A stretch of DNA of 64,000 nucleotides from IMG/VR virus record IMGVR_UViG_3300008262_006988; one strand, 5' to 3'. This document shows positions 26,976 through 37,216 of this stretch, in pieces. How positions within the stretch are numbered: the stretch's first letter is position 1; every line of letters begins with the position of its first letter. Source of the stretch: a virus. The notes below the pieces were generated by a model. It was not told where the DNA came from. It made no database searches and saw nothing but the letters and a program-made list of their open reading frames with translations. A program made the position numbers and the translations under genes.

Positions 26976-28514
26976 TTACTCAATGTCGTATAGTCTTATA
27001 TATTTATTCACGCCGTTAAGAGTAATCTGTATAAATGTGTTATCAGCAGTTATTGATGTAGCAATTGTTGTGTTGCCAGTGATATTAACAGTGTTTAAAC
27101 GCAAAGTATTTGCTTGTAAATTACTTGCTGTAATATTACCGGTAATTGTACCTCCTGTAAGTGGTAAGAAGTTATTGTAAACGTAACTACGTGTTGCATT
27201 CTCTGCACTCGTTGAATTTACATTGCTATATACACTTTCCCACCTGCTGGATGTACTATTTACATTACTATAAACACTATTCCAATTAGCTGAAGAGCTA
27301 TTAACGTTACTATAAACTGAATCTAATTTAGCGGCTGTATTAGTAAGTGAGTTATATGCAGCATTCCAGTTAGCTGATGTACTATTTACAGAGCTATATA
27401 CAGAATTCCAATTTGCAGAAGCACTATTGACGTTATTGTATACTGAGTCTAATTTTGCAGCAGTATTTGCAGAGGTACTGTTAACATTACTGTAAACTGA
27501 ATCAAGCTTTGCAGCGATATTAGCGGATGTACTGTTAACATTACTGTAAACGCTATTCCAATTAGCTGAAGCGCTATTAACGTTGCTGTATACAGAGTTC
27601 CAGCTAGCAGATGCACTATTAACATTACTGTAAACGCTATTCCAATTAGCAGAAGCGCTATTGACGTTATTGTATACAGAGTCTAATTTTGCAGATGTTG
27701 TTGCGAGTGAATTATATGCAGCATTCCAGTTAGCTGATGTACTATTTACAGAGCTATATACAGAATCTAATTTTGCAGCAGTATTTGCAGAGGTACTGTT
27801 GACATTGCTGTAAACTGAATTCCAATTAGCGCTATTTGAATATACTGCACTATTTGTTGAATCAAAACGCTGTAAAGTACCGCCTAATACCCCGGTAATA
27901 AGCTCTTGTCCACCAGACATTATTCTTCCTGATGTCCATATATCGCTTGATGCGCTTAACTCTCCTTTTACTGTAAAATCTTTATTAGGATTTGAAACCT
28001 TTACACCGACATTTGGGTAAATGGAGTTGTGTCCGCCAATATGAAGTATTTCTATATTTGAATCGACGTCATAAAAGGAAGCAATGTCACCTGCGCCTGT
28101 TTGACCAACCCAAAGTGCTTCACCGCCACCGGTATTAATAACGCTTAATGCACTTGTTGTTGAAAATACGGTATTTTTAAAAGTCTGAGTACCGGTACAG
28201 GAAAGATCCCCGTATATAGTCACGTTCTGATTGAAGAATACGTCGCCAGTAAGCCTACCACCGGAAAGCGGCAAGTAGTTGCTTTGTTTTGAATATGCAG
28301 ATTCCCAATTTGCAGAGCTGCTTTGCATTGAAGAGTATGTGCTCTGCCAATTTGCAGAATTACTCTGCATTGAGGAATAATTGCTTTGCCAGTTTCCAGA
28401 ATTTGAATTTACAGTTGTTAAAACTTTATCATATTTTGGTATAACAACATTAACTCCGGTGTGGGTCAATGACCCGTTAAATTGAACGTCATTTTTATAA
28501 ATTTCGAGTGCCAT
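26976..28514 (-). CDS. Tail fibre with 14-aa WNSVYSNVNSxSAN repeat shaft
   Basis: Tandem repeats, two LPLxGGxxTG motifs; TATAAATA at 28524-28531. Confidence 0.75.
   Translation of the reverse strand: MALEIYKNDVQFNGSLTHTGVNVVIPKYDKVLTTVNSNSGNWQSNYSSMQSNSANWQSTYSSMQSSSANWESAYSKQSNYLPLSGGRLTGDVFFNQNVTIYGDLSCTGTQTFKNTVFSTTSALSVINTGGGEALWVGQTGAGDIASFYDVDSNIEILHIGGHNSIYPNVGVKVSNPNKDFTVKGELSASSDIWTSGRIMSGGQELITGVLGGTLQRFDSTNSAVYSNSANWNSVYSNVNSTSANTAAKLDSVYSSVNSTSANWNAAYNSLATTSAKLDSVYNNVNSASANWNSVYSNVNSASASWNSVYSNVNSASANWNSVYSNVNSTSANIAAKLDSVYSNVNSTSANTAAKLDSVYNNVNSASANWNSVYSSVNSTSANWNAAYNSLTNTAAKLDSVYSNVNSSSANWNSVYSNVNSTSSRWESVYSNVNSTSAENATRSYVYNNFLPLTGGTITGNITASNLQANTLRLNTVNITGNTTIATSITADNTFIQITLNGVNKYIRLYDIE
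27352..27766. repeat. Intragenic tandem repeats; identical 55-bp copies at 27352-27406 and 27712-27766
   Basis: ttatatgcagcattccagttagctgatgtactatttacagagctatatacagaat occurs twice, 360 bp apart. Confidence 0.9.
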
Positions 28515-28523
28515 ATACACTAG

Positions 28524-28531
28524 TATTTATA
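28524..28531 (-). promoter_or_regulatory. T4-type late promoter TATAAATA
   Basis: Exact consensus on the minus strand. Confidence 0.7.
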
Positions 28532-28560
28532 TTATTGATAATGAAATAATGTGTATTTTA

Positions 28561-30537
28561 TTAAAAATCCCACAAACGTAAAGCCCGATTTACACCATTT
28601 ATTGACATAACTAAAAATGTACCACTTGCAGTAACTGGTGTAGTAAATGTGCTTAATGTAGCGTGTGTTATTGATGCATTACGCAATTGAGTATTAGCGT
28701 TAAGATAAACATCCGCATTAAAATCCACTTGCCCTGTAAGTATGCCCCCTGCAAGAGGTAGATAGTTAACCTGATTTGTATATGCCAATTGCCAATTTGC
28801 AGAATTTGTCGCAACAGTGCTGTATGTTGATTCCCAGCGCGGTGATGCATTAACTGCACCCTGCCACCCTGCGCTTAAATTATAAACACTTGAATATGTA
28901 CTGTCATATCTAGTAACGTCAATAGGGGTACTCCATACAGCACTATATGTCCAGACAGTTGTATTTGTATCATTCCAAGCTGCACTACCTGCTGTTACCG
29001 CGCTCTGTACCTGTAAGTTTACAGCACTTTGTTGGCTAAAGAGGGTTGCTGTGGTATTCCATTTTGCGGAATTGCTATTAACGTTAGTATATGTATTTTC
29101 CCAATTACTAGTTAATGCTTTAAGATCTGTACCATTATAATCCCATGAAGCAGAGTTATTTCTTACAAAAGTTGATGTATAATCCCAGGTTCCTGAAAGT
29201 AAGTTTACTGTATTATGTGCAGCATTCCAATTAAGATAATTGTTATTGACAGTATTATAGGTATTTTGCCAGTTTCCTGTTAGAGCTCTTACACCGTAAT
29301 CAGCATTCCATGTTGCACTATTCGCTAATACCGTATTATATGTGTTTTCCCAATTGCTTGTTAATACTTTAACATCAGTGCCCGTATATCCCCAGCTGCT
29401 GGAATTAGTGCGCACCGCGCTGTAAACACTGCTCCAATTAGCGCTGGTGCTATTAACAGTTGTATATGTACTTTCCCACCTACCCGTAAGCACTTTAATA
29501 TCGGTTCCATTATATGACCAAAATGCTGAGTTTGTTTGTACAGTACTATATGTATCCTCCCAGTTGCCTGTAAGTGATATAAGAGCTGTATCGTTGGATG
29601 CCCATTGAGCAGAGTTGTTTTGTACAGTAGTCGATATATCAATCCATGTACTACTGTTGGTTCTTACATTAGTGTATGTATTCTGCCAGTTTCCTGTAAG
29701 CGCTCTTACCCCAAAATCTGTAGAATTATCAATAGCCCACTGTGCCGAGTTAGCATTTACAACAGTAAAGGTATTATTCCATGTTCCACTGTTATTATTA
29801 ACGTTGGTATATGTATTTTCCCAGTTACCAGTAAGTGATATAAGAGCTGTATCGTTGGATGCCCATTGAGCTGAATTAGCATTTACAATGGAAGAAGTAT
29901 CGGACCATGTTCCGCTGTTACTAATGACGTTGGTATATGTGTTCTCCCAGTTGCCTGTAAGTGATATAAGAGCTGTATCGTTGGATGCCCACTGTGCCGA
30001 GTTAGCATTTACAATAGATGAAGTATCGGACCATGCTCCGGAATTGGCATTTAATATAGCGGTACTATCATTCCATATATTATAATTGCTATTAAAAAGA
30101 AAAGAGGTATTATCCCATGTAGCAGATTCACTGCGCATTGTAGTCTCAGTGTCTGCCCATCCGCCGCTATTTAATGCAAAGAGACTCTCCACATCATTCC
30201 AACCCGCACTATTAGCGCGCATGATATTGTATGTGTTATCCCAATCTATAGTATTGAGGCCACCCCAGCCGGCACTAAGAGTTCTTACAGTCTGGTAAGT
30301 AGACTGAAAATTACCGCTGTTCGTGACGTACGATGTGGAGGCAGTGTTCCAGAGCCCGCTTGATCCATATATGAGCGTCTGTGTCGTATTGTATACGTTA
30401 TTAAGTAGGTCTAATACAGGTATTCTTAATTCAGATTTTACACCGGTATCTTCATAGCCGACGAAATAGCTAGAAAGAATTAAATTATTCTTGTTTTTAA
30501 GCGTGAAATCTGAAAATTTCTTTGTACTAAAAGCCAT
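28561..30537 (-). CDS. Tail fibre with Trp/Asn/Thr repeat shaft
   Basis: LTGNWENTYTNV / NSAQW repeats; C-terminus paralogous to the 26976 gene. Confidence 0.75.
   Translation of the reverse strand: MAFSTKKFSDFTLKNKNNLILSSYFVGYEDTGVKSELRIPVLDLLNNVYNTTQTLIYGSSGLWNTASTSYVTNSGNFQSTYQTVRTLSAGWGGLNTIDWDNTYNIMRANSAGWNDVESLFALNSGGWADTETTMRSESATWDNTSFLFNSNYNIWNDSTAILNANSGAWSDTSSIVNANSAQWASNDTALISLTGNWENTYTNVISNSGTWSDTSSIVNANSAQWASNDTALISLTGNWENTYTNVNNNSGTWNNTFTVVNANSAQWAIDNSTDFGVRALTGNWQNTYTNVRTNSSTWIDISTTVQNNSAQWASNDTALISLTGNWEDTYSTVQTNSAFWSYNGTDIKVLTGRWESTYTTVNSTSANWSSVYSAVRTNSSSWGYTGTDVKVLTSNWENTYNTVLANSATWNADYGVRALTGNWQNTYNTVNNNYLNWNAAHNTVNLLSGTWDYTSTFVRNNSASWDYNGTDLKALTSNWENTYTNVNSNSAKWNTTATLFSQQSAVNLQVQSAVTAGSAAWNDTNTTVWTYSAVWSTPIDVTRYDSTYSSVYNLSAGWQGAVNASPRWESTYSTVATNSANWQLAYTNQVNYLPLAGGILTGQVDFNADVYLNANTQLRNASITHATLSTFTTPVTASGTFLVMSINGVNRALRLWDF
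29570..29991. repeat. Three identical 35-bp intragenic repeats (starts 29570, 29831, 29957)
   Basis: gtaagtgatataagagctgtatcgttggatgccca, encoding WASNDTALISLT; spacings 261 and 126 bp. Confidence 0.9.
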
Positions 30538-30542
30538 ACTAT

Positions 30543-30550
30543 TATTTATA
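30543..30550 (-). promoter_or_regulatory. T4-type late promoter TATAAATA
   Basis: Exact; 5 nt before ATG 30537; contains the upstream stop codon. Confidence 0.75.
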
Positions 30551-33500
30551 GGGTGTACATTATATTTAAACCGTCCTCTGTTACTATATATTCACCTTCA
30601 AAAGTAATGTAAGGTACCGGCGGGTCAATGTGTCCCCAAACAAATGCGTTATCAGATTCGTCTATGCTTCCTGTTCTTGTACCAAGAGTAGCGTAATTGT
30701 CAAATTCTGTTAAAAATACAGGGTTCGCAAAATTTAAATTCAGCACATCCATTGTTGGCATGTACATTGTCTGTGTTTTTATGGCTACAGCGCCGTTTAT
30801 ATATGCAAATTCTATAACAAAAATATAAAACATACACGACACATCACGTCCGACGTATGTTAATTTGTATATATCAGTATCGCTATTATAAGTTAATACA
30901 GGTTTATCAATCTCAACAATATTAAGCTCAATACTCTTGTCAATTAATGAGAATCCGCGCAACATTTCAAAGGTAAGAGTCTCATCGCGTTCTTGCGGAT
31001 ATACCTGTGAAAATTCTTTAGTACCTATGTCGTGTATAAAGATTTTTGGGTAAATTATTTTGTAGTTTGATGCACTTAGTTCTGGTAAGATGCACATCTT
31101 ACAGACTAAAAGATTATTATTAATCTCATCAAACCATACTGTTGATAATTTTTCAAAATTAATATTAACACCTTTTGAAATGGCGTTCATGGTGCCGGTG
31201 TTACTGTATATCGTGTTACCGTCCGGTGATGGTACAACTGCATCAAAGACAGCATAATTTTCTGTCTCAATTAATATAGTATCATAGTAAATGTCGAAGT
31301 TAATTACTTTACTATATATTTCTTGCTGTATATCGTAGTTATACTTTACAAAAATCGCACTAAGAGCTGATGAAAGAGGTATTACTTCAGAGTCTGATGC
31401 ACGTCTAAAATACATATCACCGTATGCTTTAAACTCTGCGTCATATATAGTTTTATTTTCTGTTACATAAGAGGATGTAGTATCGACAACAGTTTCACGT
31501 AACGGAATATGGTAGTCGAGGAAGAAGGATGTCTCTGTGTAAAGCGTTGGTGCACTTTCCGCACCACAAGGTGCACCACTATTTGCAACAAAATAAAAAC
31601 TACCATCATAATCACCAATAGATGTAAAGGGTGGTGTGTATGTGAATTCACCTGGGTAAGCGAATGTAGCGCGGTATGTTGGTAAGTTTAAGTGATTGAC
31701 ACCACCATCAACAAGTTCTTGATAATAAAGACCAGCATCGTTAGGATCATAGGAAGGACTGTCTGATGGTACATCAGGTAACTGTGCATCATTTGATAGA
31801 GTAAACGTCTGACCATCTTTTACATTACAATCGTATTTTACGTCAATATAATCACTGCAAAAGCTCTCTGGTTGAAAGTCATACGAGGCTATTACGTAAT
31901 CTACACCGGATAACGGAAACATACCGTTTCCTGAAGGTGTGTTATTGAGTGTTGATGTTGAGGTCTTAAGAATAACACCTGAATAACCTTTTTCTTCATC
32001 TACAACATTATAATTAAAGTTGTACCCCGATAAGGAATCATAGAAAAGATGACCATCGAGAACCAAGCATTGAAAGGGTAATGTTGATGTTTTGTTTAAT
32101 TCTTGAGTTACTTTGTACGGCTCAACATCTTTGTATAGACCGTAATCGTTACCGTAAATATCACTCTTATATTGTATTAAGGTCTTGTTAATGGGTAGCT
32201 GTTTCTGTATACGCTCATCGATCGGAAACTGGTTAGCAGGTATTAGTGGGTAAACATCACCATTTGCCCATATATTCTTCTTATCACCTTTAAAAAATTC
32301 TTGTGGGTCAGAATAACGTACAACACCAAAGTTTGAAATGTTTAGGCTCTGCTCACGTGATTGATATGCTCTAAATGTATGAAGTTGAGAATCTGACTGC
32401 ACATCACCAAAAGCGTATTGATTTGAAAAGTCAATTTTATTAAAATGATTTTCTTCACGAAATACAAACGGTGTCTTAAAATCTTGTTGTGTATTGCTCG
32501 TTATGTTACCGTATTTTGAAGGATCTGGAAAATAGTAAACAGTATTAGGTTCTAAACCATCTTTAAGTACAGGTGTAAACTTAAAGTTTGTAAAATGCAA
32601 AAGCCCTTGTTTGTCAGGTTTAAAGAATAACCCTATTTCTTTACCTGTCTTTAAAAATTCTTCACTAGGAATTGCTGCAATACTTGGATAGCGTTTGTTA
32701 AGAACGTTAGCAAATTCACTTTCTGCCTCAAAAAGAATACCTGAAACACCTACACTGCCTGATGAATTGGTTTGTATATAATAAAAGTCGGTACCAATAA
32801 ACTTTGTTATAAATTCTTTTTGATCGGTTAAGTTTAATTCTTGACGCTGCTCAATATTAATGAGCTTTGTATAGTCATTATCTTTTAAAAAACCTAATTG
32901 ATTAGAATTTACAGCAGGGTCAATTGTTAAATTTTCACCGAGTTCTATAAGATAAAAAGGATATTGAAAGATAGCTCTAAGGATACTTTCATCGATATTT
33001 AAAAATAAATATGGATCAACATTATATTGATTGAGATTAAAATATTTTGATCTAATGTCATTATTAGCGCTGTATGCAGAGCTAGGTAATGTCGGTGTTA
33101 TGTCGTAGTAGTTTGAATACGTGTCATATATATCCTCCACTTCTATTACCGTATCATTTTTTATGGTAGAGATCGGTGTATAGAGTGACGATATATCTTT
33201 AACATAATCATCAGTTGTTACTGTCTCTATTATAGCATTATAAATTAATTTTTGAATACCGTAATTTGAACCATTGAGGTTGTTAGCAATTGCAGTATAT
33301 TGGACTTTATCGCGTAGAGTAGAGTAATATAGACAGATGTCTTTTAATTTCTTAGCAAAAAACGGAACTGCAGCTGCTAAATCGCGTTGATTTGTAGGAT
33401 CAATGTTTTTAAGAAATCGCTGCTCATCAACAGTCGAATAGTTAATAACTATGTCGTTTATTAGGCTTATATACAGTTTTTGTATTGTCGCTTGACTATC

Positions 33501-33716
33501 AATTTTTGATACTTTTTTCTGTATGAACCAGTTGTTTAAATAAGAGCTGTATCTCGCAAGATATTCTTCTGTACCTGCAGATATTACTTCACCACCAAAT
33601 TTCGCCCAATCAATAAAAGAAAGCGGCTCATCACTATCTACGGGTGCTTGTGATGGGGTCAACGATGTTATTGAATTAGGTATTCTATCATCTATGAACC
33701 TTGTAATATCTGACAT
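30546..33716 (-). CDS. Large baseplate-associated structural protein
   Basis: 1056 aa in the wedge operon; ATTAAATA 5 nt upstream; C-terminal YIVTEDG motif. Confidence 0.55.
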   Translation of the reverse strand: MSDITRFIDDRIPNSITSLTPSQAPVDSDEPLSFIDWAKFGGEVISAGTEEYLARYSSYLNNWFIQKKVSKIDSQATIQKLYISLINDIVINYSTVDEQRFLKNIDPTNQRDLAAAVPFFAKKLKDICLYYSTLRDKVQYTAIANNLNGSNYGIQKLIYNAIIETVTTDDYVKDISSLYTPISTIKNDTVIEVEDIYDTYSNYYDITPTLPSSAYSANNDIRSKYFNLNQYNVDPYLFLNIDESILRAIFQYPFYLIELGENLTIDPAVNSNQLGFLKDNDYTKLINIEQRQELNLTDQKEFITKFIGTDFYYIQTNSSGSVGVSGILFEAESEFANVLNKRYPSIAAIPSEEFLKTGKEIGLFFKPDKQGLLHFTNFKFTPVLKDGLEPNTVYYFPDPSKYGNITSNTQQDFKTPFVFREENHFNKIDFSNQYAFGDVQSDSQLHTFRAYQSREQSLNISNFGVVRYSDPQEFFKGDKKNIWANGDVYPLIPANQFPIDERIQKQLPINKTLIQYKSDIYGNDYGLYKDVEPYKVTQELNKTSTLPFQCLVLDGHLFYDSLSGYNFNYNVVDEEKGYSGVILKTSTSTLNNTPSGNGMFPLSGVDYVIASYDFQPESFCSDYIDVKYDCNVKDGQTFTLSNDAQLPDVPSDSPSYDPNDAGLYYQELVDGGVNHLNLPTYRATFAYPGEFTYTPPFTSIGDYDGSFYFVANSGAPCGAESAPTLYTETSFFLDYHIPLRETVVDTTSSYVTENKTIYDAEFKAYGDMYFRRASDSEVIPLSSALSAIFVKYNYDIQQEIYSKVINFDIYYDTILIETENYAVFDAVVPSPDGNTIYSNTGTMNAISKGVNINFEKLSTVWFDEINNNLLVCKMCILPELSASNYKIIYPKIFIHDIGTKEFSQVYPQERDETLTFEMLRGFSLIDKSIELNIVEIDKPVLTYNSDTDIYKLTYVGRDVSCMFYIFVIEFAYINGAVAIKTQTMYMPTMDVLNLNFANPVFLTEFDNYATLGTRTGSIDESDNAFVWGHIDPPVPYITFEGEYIVTEDGLNIMYTL

Positions 33717-33724
33717 ATATGTAT

Positions 33725-36700
33725 TTAATTATTATACGTAATATTAGCGGCAGAAGTAAATAATAGCAGACCTTTTGTTAGCTCGTAACTTAAAAGTGTT
33801 TGCGCGATACCGTTATCTTTACTCCACGATTCAAATGTACTTTGATTGTAGGTTAGAGTTGTCAGCGGATCCTTCCAATTTATTACATTATTATACACTG
33901 TACCTTCATAGGTTGGTTTAAATTCGTAAAATTTATAATATGTGCTTATATCCGTACCAGAAACTGCAGGTGGTGCCACCAAATTCCATCCCCAGAAATA
34001 TGAAAATGTAGACAGCGGTAAAATACTCGAAAGAGCATAGTTGTTTATACATTTATCATTAACTGTAGTATATTTTTCAGAAAATTTCTCGTATGCAACA
34101 ATTGTTTTACCAGATGTAATAACACCGGATATTGGTGATATTTCATTTCCGAGATTTACACCATATTTTGTATTTGAAGGTATTGTAAATTTATAATCGA
34201 AATTTTCGTTGTAAGCATTAATATCACCGTAAAGATGTTTATGTTTTATAGAGAGTATATCGATTACACGTCGTATTTGTGGTGGATAGGAGTAATTGTG
34301 TTTTTCAAAAGCTACAATAAATTCGGTGCAAAATGACAGAAGCGTCTCAAGAGTGCAAGTTGTAATATCTGCTTTATTAGCGACGAAATTTGCTATTTTT
34401 TCATATATTGTTTTTCCGAGCTCGTAAGGCATTGAATCAATATCGCCGACAATTGTCCCAAGAAAATCATTAAAAAATACATCTTTGTCTAATAGCATTT
34501 CTTGATGTCTTAATGACTTGTAATACTCAGCTAAGTCGTAGTTTTCGTTAATTTTTGTAATATTGTACATTCCTTTTGAGGGGAATACGTTAAAGATATT
34601 AGATTGACCGGTGAGGTACTTAACGGTTGTTGAAGGTACCATGTATTTGTTAATCCATCTTTGACCAAACCAGTCACCGTACGCTTGAAACTGCTCTGTC
34701 TCAAACGCCGATAATGGATATGAGGAGAGCAAAGGTGGGTATTTTAAATCTAAATATGTCTCAACTTCAAACGCGGTTGTCGGTGGCTTAGTACTGTCAA
34801 GAACGTAAGCCTTGCGATCCATATTATTAATAACCCATATATAATCACCGGTATCACAAGCTATGCCTACTATACTGCCTATGTAGGATGTTTCGTTTCC
34901 TGCAGATCCTGCAATATAGTTGGTGGTATTGCGTGTTATGCCATCAATTTTTGTTACTGTATGTTTATTGTGTGCTACCCATGCGTTTTGACTACCGTCA
35001 ACTGCTATGTTGCCGATCATTCTAAACCCTGAAAGAGGGTAACCTGAAACAAGACTACCGTCTTGATTGAATTTATATACAAGGTCATTGTGTGCAGTGA
35101 GCGTGCTGCCTGTAGTGTTATTTATTGCAGTAACCCAAATATAAAAATTTCTATCAGCACATATCTCTACAGGCTGTATTCTGTTCGGGAACGGTATGGT
35201 AGTTAATAGTGTCCCGTAAGTATTATACTTACACAAGTAATTTGATAGTGGGTGGGTGTATGCAACCCATATATTGTCTAATCTATCCGTCTCTACACTT
35301 GCTGGTAACAACGTTGATTCGCCAGTATAACCACTCAGTGCACGTATATTATATGAACTACCTTCATAATAAAAGGTATTATTAAACGGAGGTAGTGCAA
35401 CGTTTGTTACATATTGTTTTATATTATCTATTTTTATTACTATACCTGTCTCATATAAAGCACACCATACATTCTGCTTACTATCAAGCGCTATACTACT
35501 CGGTGCTGCTGCTACCGGTGAGAGAGGTGCTGCGCTTAGCGGAGCATGTAGTCTGTAGTCACGTTGATATATGAGATTGTTAACTAGCGTAGGGCATGCT
35601 GATAATCTAAATTGCTTTAACAGTGTACCATCAGCTCTATAATTAAGAATAGTGTCGTTTGTTGAATCTGCAACCCATGCTTGATAATCGTTATTCTTAC
35701 CGGCGCCGGATGGTGCAAGTGAGATAGCTAATATGTTTCGATGCTCTGTAGTTTTTAAAAATATTTGAGCAGCAGTAAGAGTCATTGATACAAAGCCAGA
35801 ACAACTGTCATAAACTTGCTGTTTAAGTATTTGCATCAAATAGCTGTATTGCGGTACAGCAACATAGCCTAATAATGCATCTTTTGGGTAGTTAATTGGT
35901 TCGATAAGCGTAATTGCAGCTGTTAGAGCGCAGTTTATTGCTGTATCTGATGATACGAAGTAACCTTTGTAAAAACCGCCTACTGATTGTGGTATTTGAT
36001 CATCAAAATCGTCATAAAATTTTACGTTAGTAATAGGCCTTAATCCGTTTTGTGTTACTTCTACTAACCCGGTACTAAAAGAATTGACGATAGCTGTTGA
36101 TAGTTCAGGATGTACTGTCATTGACGACAGTGGTGGATAGGTTTTTGTAGTGAAATTTTCAGTATCCTTTAATTTTATCACAAATGGCACTGGTGTGTGC
36201 TGCCAGCTTATCTCTGGCATTTCGAATTTTGTTGTGGATAATGTACCCTCGCCGTCAATACCTGTCGTAGTTATTGATAATTTGTCTGCAGGGTTATGTC
36301 TGACTTTTACAACCGGCTGTGATAGTGATTTTATTGTTTGAAAATGAGCAGGCTGCAGCCTGATAGTGTCATAGACGTTGTTATACTGTGTAAACCTGTC
36401 GTTAAGTTGGACGTTGTTTGGTGTTGCAAAAACAAAGATAGGGTTTTCGCGGGATGTATAGTTTTTTGCTCTTTCATCTACATAATAAAATTCTGCAGAC
36501 CCTGTTACACCGGCAAATACACTGTCTTCATCGTTTTTTGAACATATTTCAAATCGATTTTGAGACTTGTTGTATCTTGTATAAATTTCAGTAAGATCAG
36601 CTGTTAAAGTATCCGTATCAGTATAAAACTCTCTACTACCAATTTTTTGTTTAATTTTAAACCGACTTAAAAGACGTAGGTGCGACCATTTGTCATTAAA

Positions 36701-37216
36701 AAAATTATCGATATTTTGATAATCTCCAGATGAACCAGAAGCGTAAAGATAAAAAGTGTGGCCGGTAGCGCTTACTGCATGATAGTTTTGCCAGCTATCA
36801 CGTATAATTATTTTGAGAGGGTCACCTATCTTGCTTGCGGGAACATCATACACCAATTTACCTATATCATCAAAAATATAATCAAACGGTATAAAGTCAT
36901 ATATGTTTACTGTGGGTGAATATATACTCTCGTATGCTTCACCGTTAACATCAAGTATGGTGAGATTGACTTTATATTCACCAGGCCATTGATATACATG
37001 ACTCGCTGTTAAATCAGTTGAATAGGTACCATCACCGAAATCCCATCTTACAACTTTATTTGATACACTTAACGCTCCTGACAAGAGATCTGATGTCGAT
37101 AAATCAGGTTTAAAAATTAGCGGCGTATTTTCAAGGGTATATGATGACAGCGAATTTTTACCGGTGTGGTCATTTATATAGAAATAAAGATACGAACGTT
37201 TAAAATCAGTATTCAT
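33725..37216 (-). CDS. Baseplate wedge protein (gp7 position) with PKD domain and beta-propeller
   Basis: WDFGDG..HVYQWPGEYKVNLT; repeated IAVDxxxNxWVA blades; follows gp6. Confidence 0.65.
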   Translation of the reverse strand: MNTDFKRSYLYFYINDHTGKNSLSSYTLENTPLIFKPDLSTSDLLSGALSVSNKVVRWDFGDGTYSTDLTASHVYQWPGEYKVNLTILDVNGEAYESIYSPTVNIYDFIPFDYIFDDIGKLVYDVPASKIGDPLKIIIRDSWQNYHAVSATGHTFYLYASGSSGDYQNIDNFFNDKWSHLRLLSRFKIKQKIGSREFYTDTDTLTADLTEIYTRYNKSQNRFEICSKNDEDSVFAGVTGSAEFYYVDERAKNYTSRENPIFVFATPNNVQLNDRFTQYNNVYDTIRLQPAHFQTIKSLSQPVVKVRHNPADKLSITTTGIDGEGTLSTTKFEMPEISWQHTPVPFVIKLKDTENFTTKTYPPLSSMTVHPELSTAIVNSFSTGLVEVTQNGLRPITNVKFYDDFDDQIPQSVGGFYKGYFVSSDTAINCALTAAITLIEPINYPKDALLGYVAVPQYSYLMQILKQQVYDSCSGFVSMTLTAAQIFLKTTEHRNILAISLAPSGAGKNNDYQAWVADSTNDTILNYRADGTLLKQFRLSACPTLVNNLIYQRDYRLHAPLSAAPLSPVAAAPSSIALDSKQNVWCALYETGIVIKIDNIKQYVTNVALPPFNNTFYYEGSSYNIRALSGYTGESTLLPASVETDRLDNIWVAYTHPLSNYLCKYNTYGTLLTTIPFPNRIQPVEICADRNFYIWVTAINNTTGSTLTAHNDLVYKFNQDGSLVSGYPLSGFRMIGNIAVDGSQNAWVAHNKHTVTKIDGITRNTTNYIAGSAGNETSYIGSIVGIACDTGDYIWVINNMDRKAYVLDSTKPPTTAFEVETYLDLKYPPLLSSYPLSAFETEQFQAYGDWFGQRWINKYMVPSTTVKYLTGQSNIFNVFPSKGMYNITKINENYDLAEYYKSLRHQEMLLDKDVFFNDFLGTIVGDIDSMPYELGKTIYEKIANFVANKADITTCTLETLLSFCTEFIVAFEKHNYSYPPQIRRVIDILSIKHKHLYGDINAYNENFDYKFTIPSNTKYGVNLGNEISPISGVITSGKTIVAYEKFSEKYTTVNDKCINNYALSSILPLSTFSYFWGWNLVAPPAVSGTDISTYYKFYEFKPTYEGTVYNNVINWKDPLTTLTYNQSTFESWSKDNGIAQTLLSYELTKGLLLFTSAANITYNN

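Noticed and set aside
27200-30000. CRISPR-like array suggested by 35-55 bp direct repeats
   Set aside because: The repeats are in frame inside fibre ORFs, spacings are multiples of three, and the intervening sequence is itself repetitive coding DNA
26976-30537. Ice-nucleation or antifreeze protein
   Set aside because: Periodicity is 7/14 with Trp/Val cores rather than TxT or AGYGSTxT beta-solenoid repeats, and the context is a tail-fibre operon
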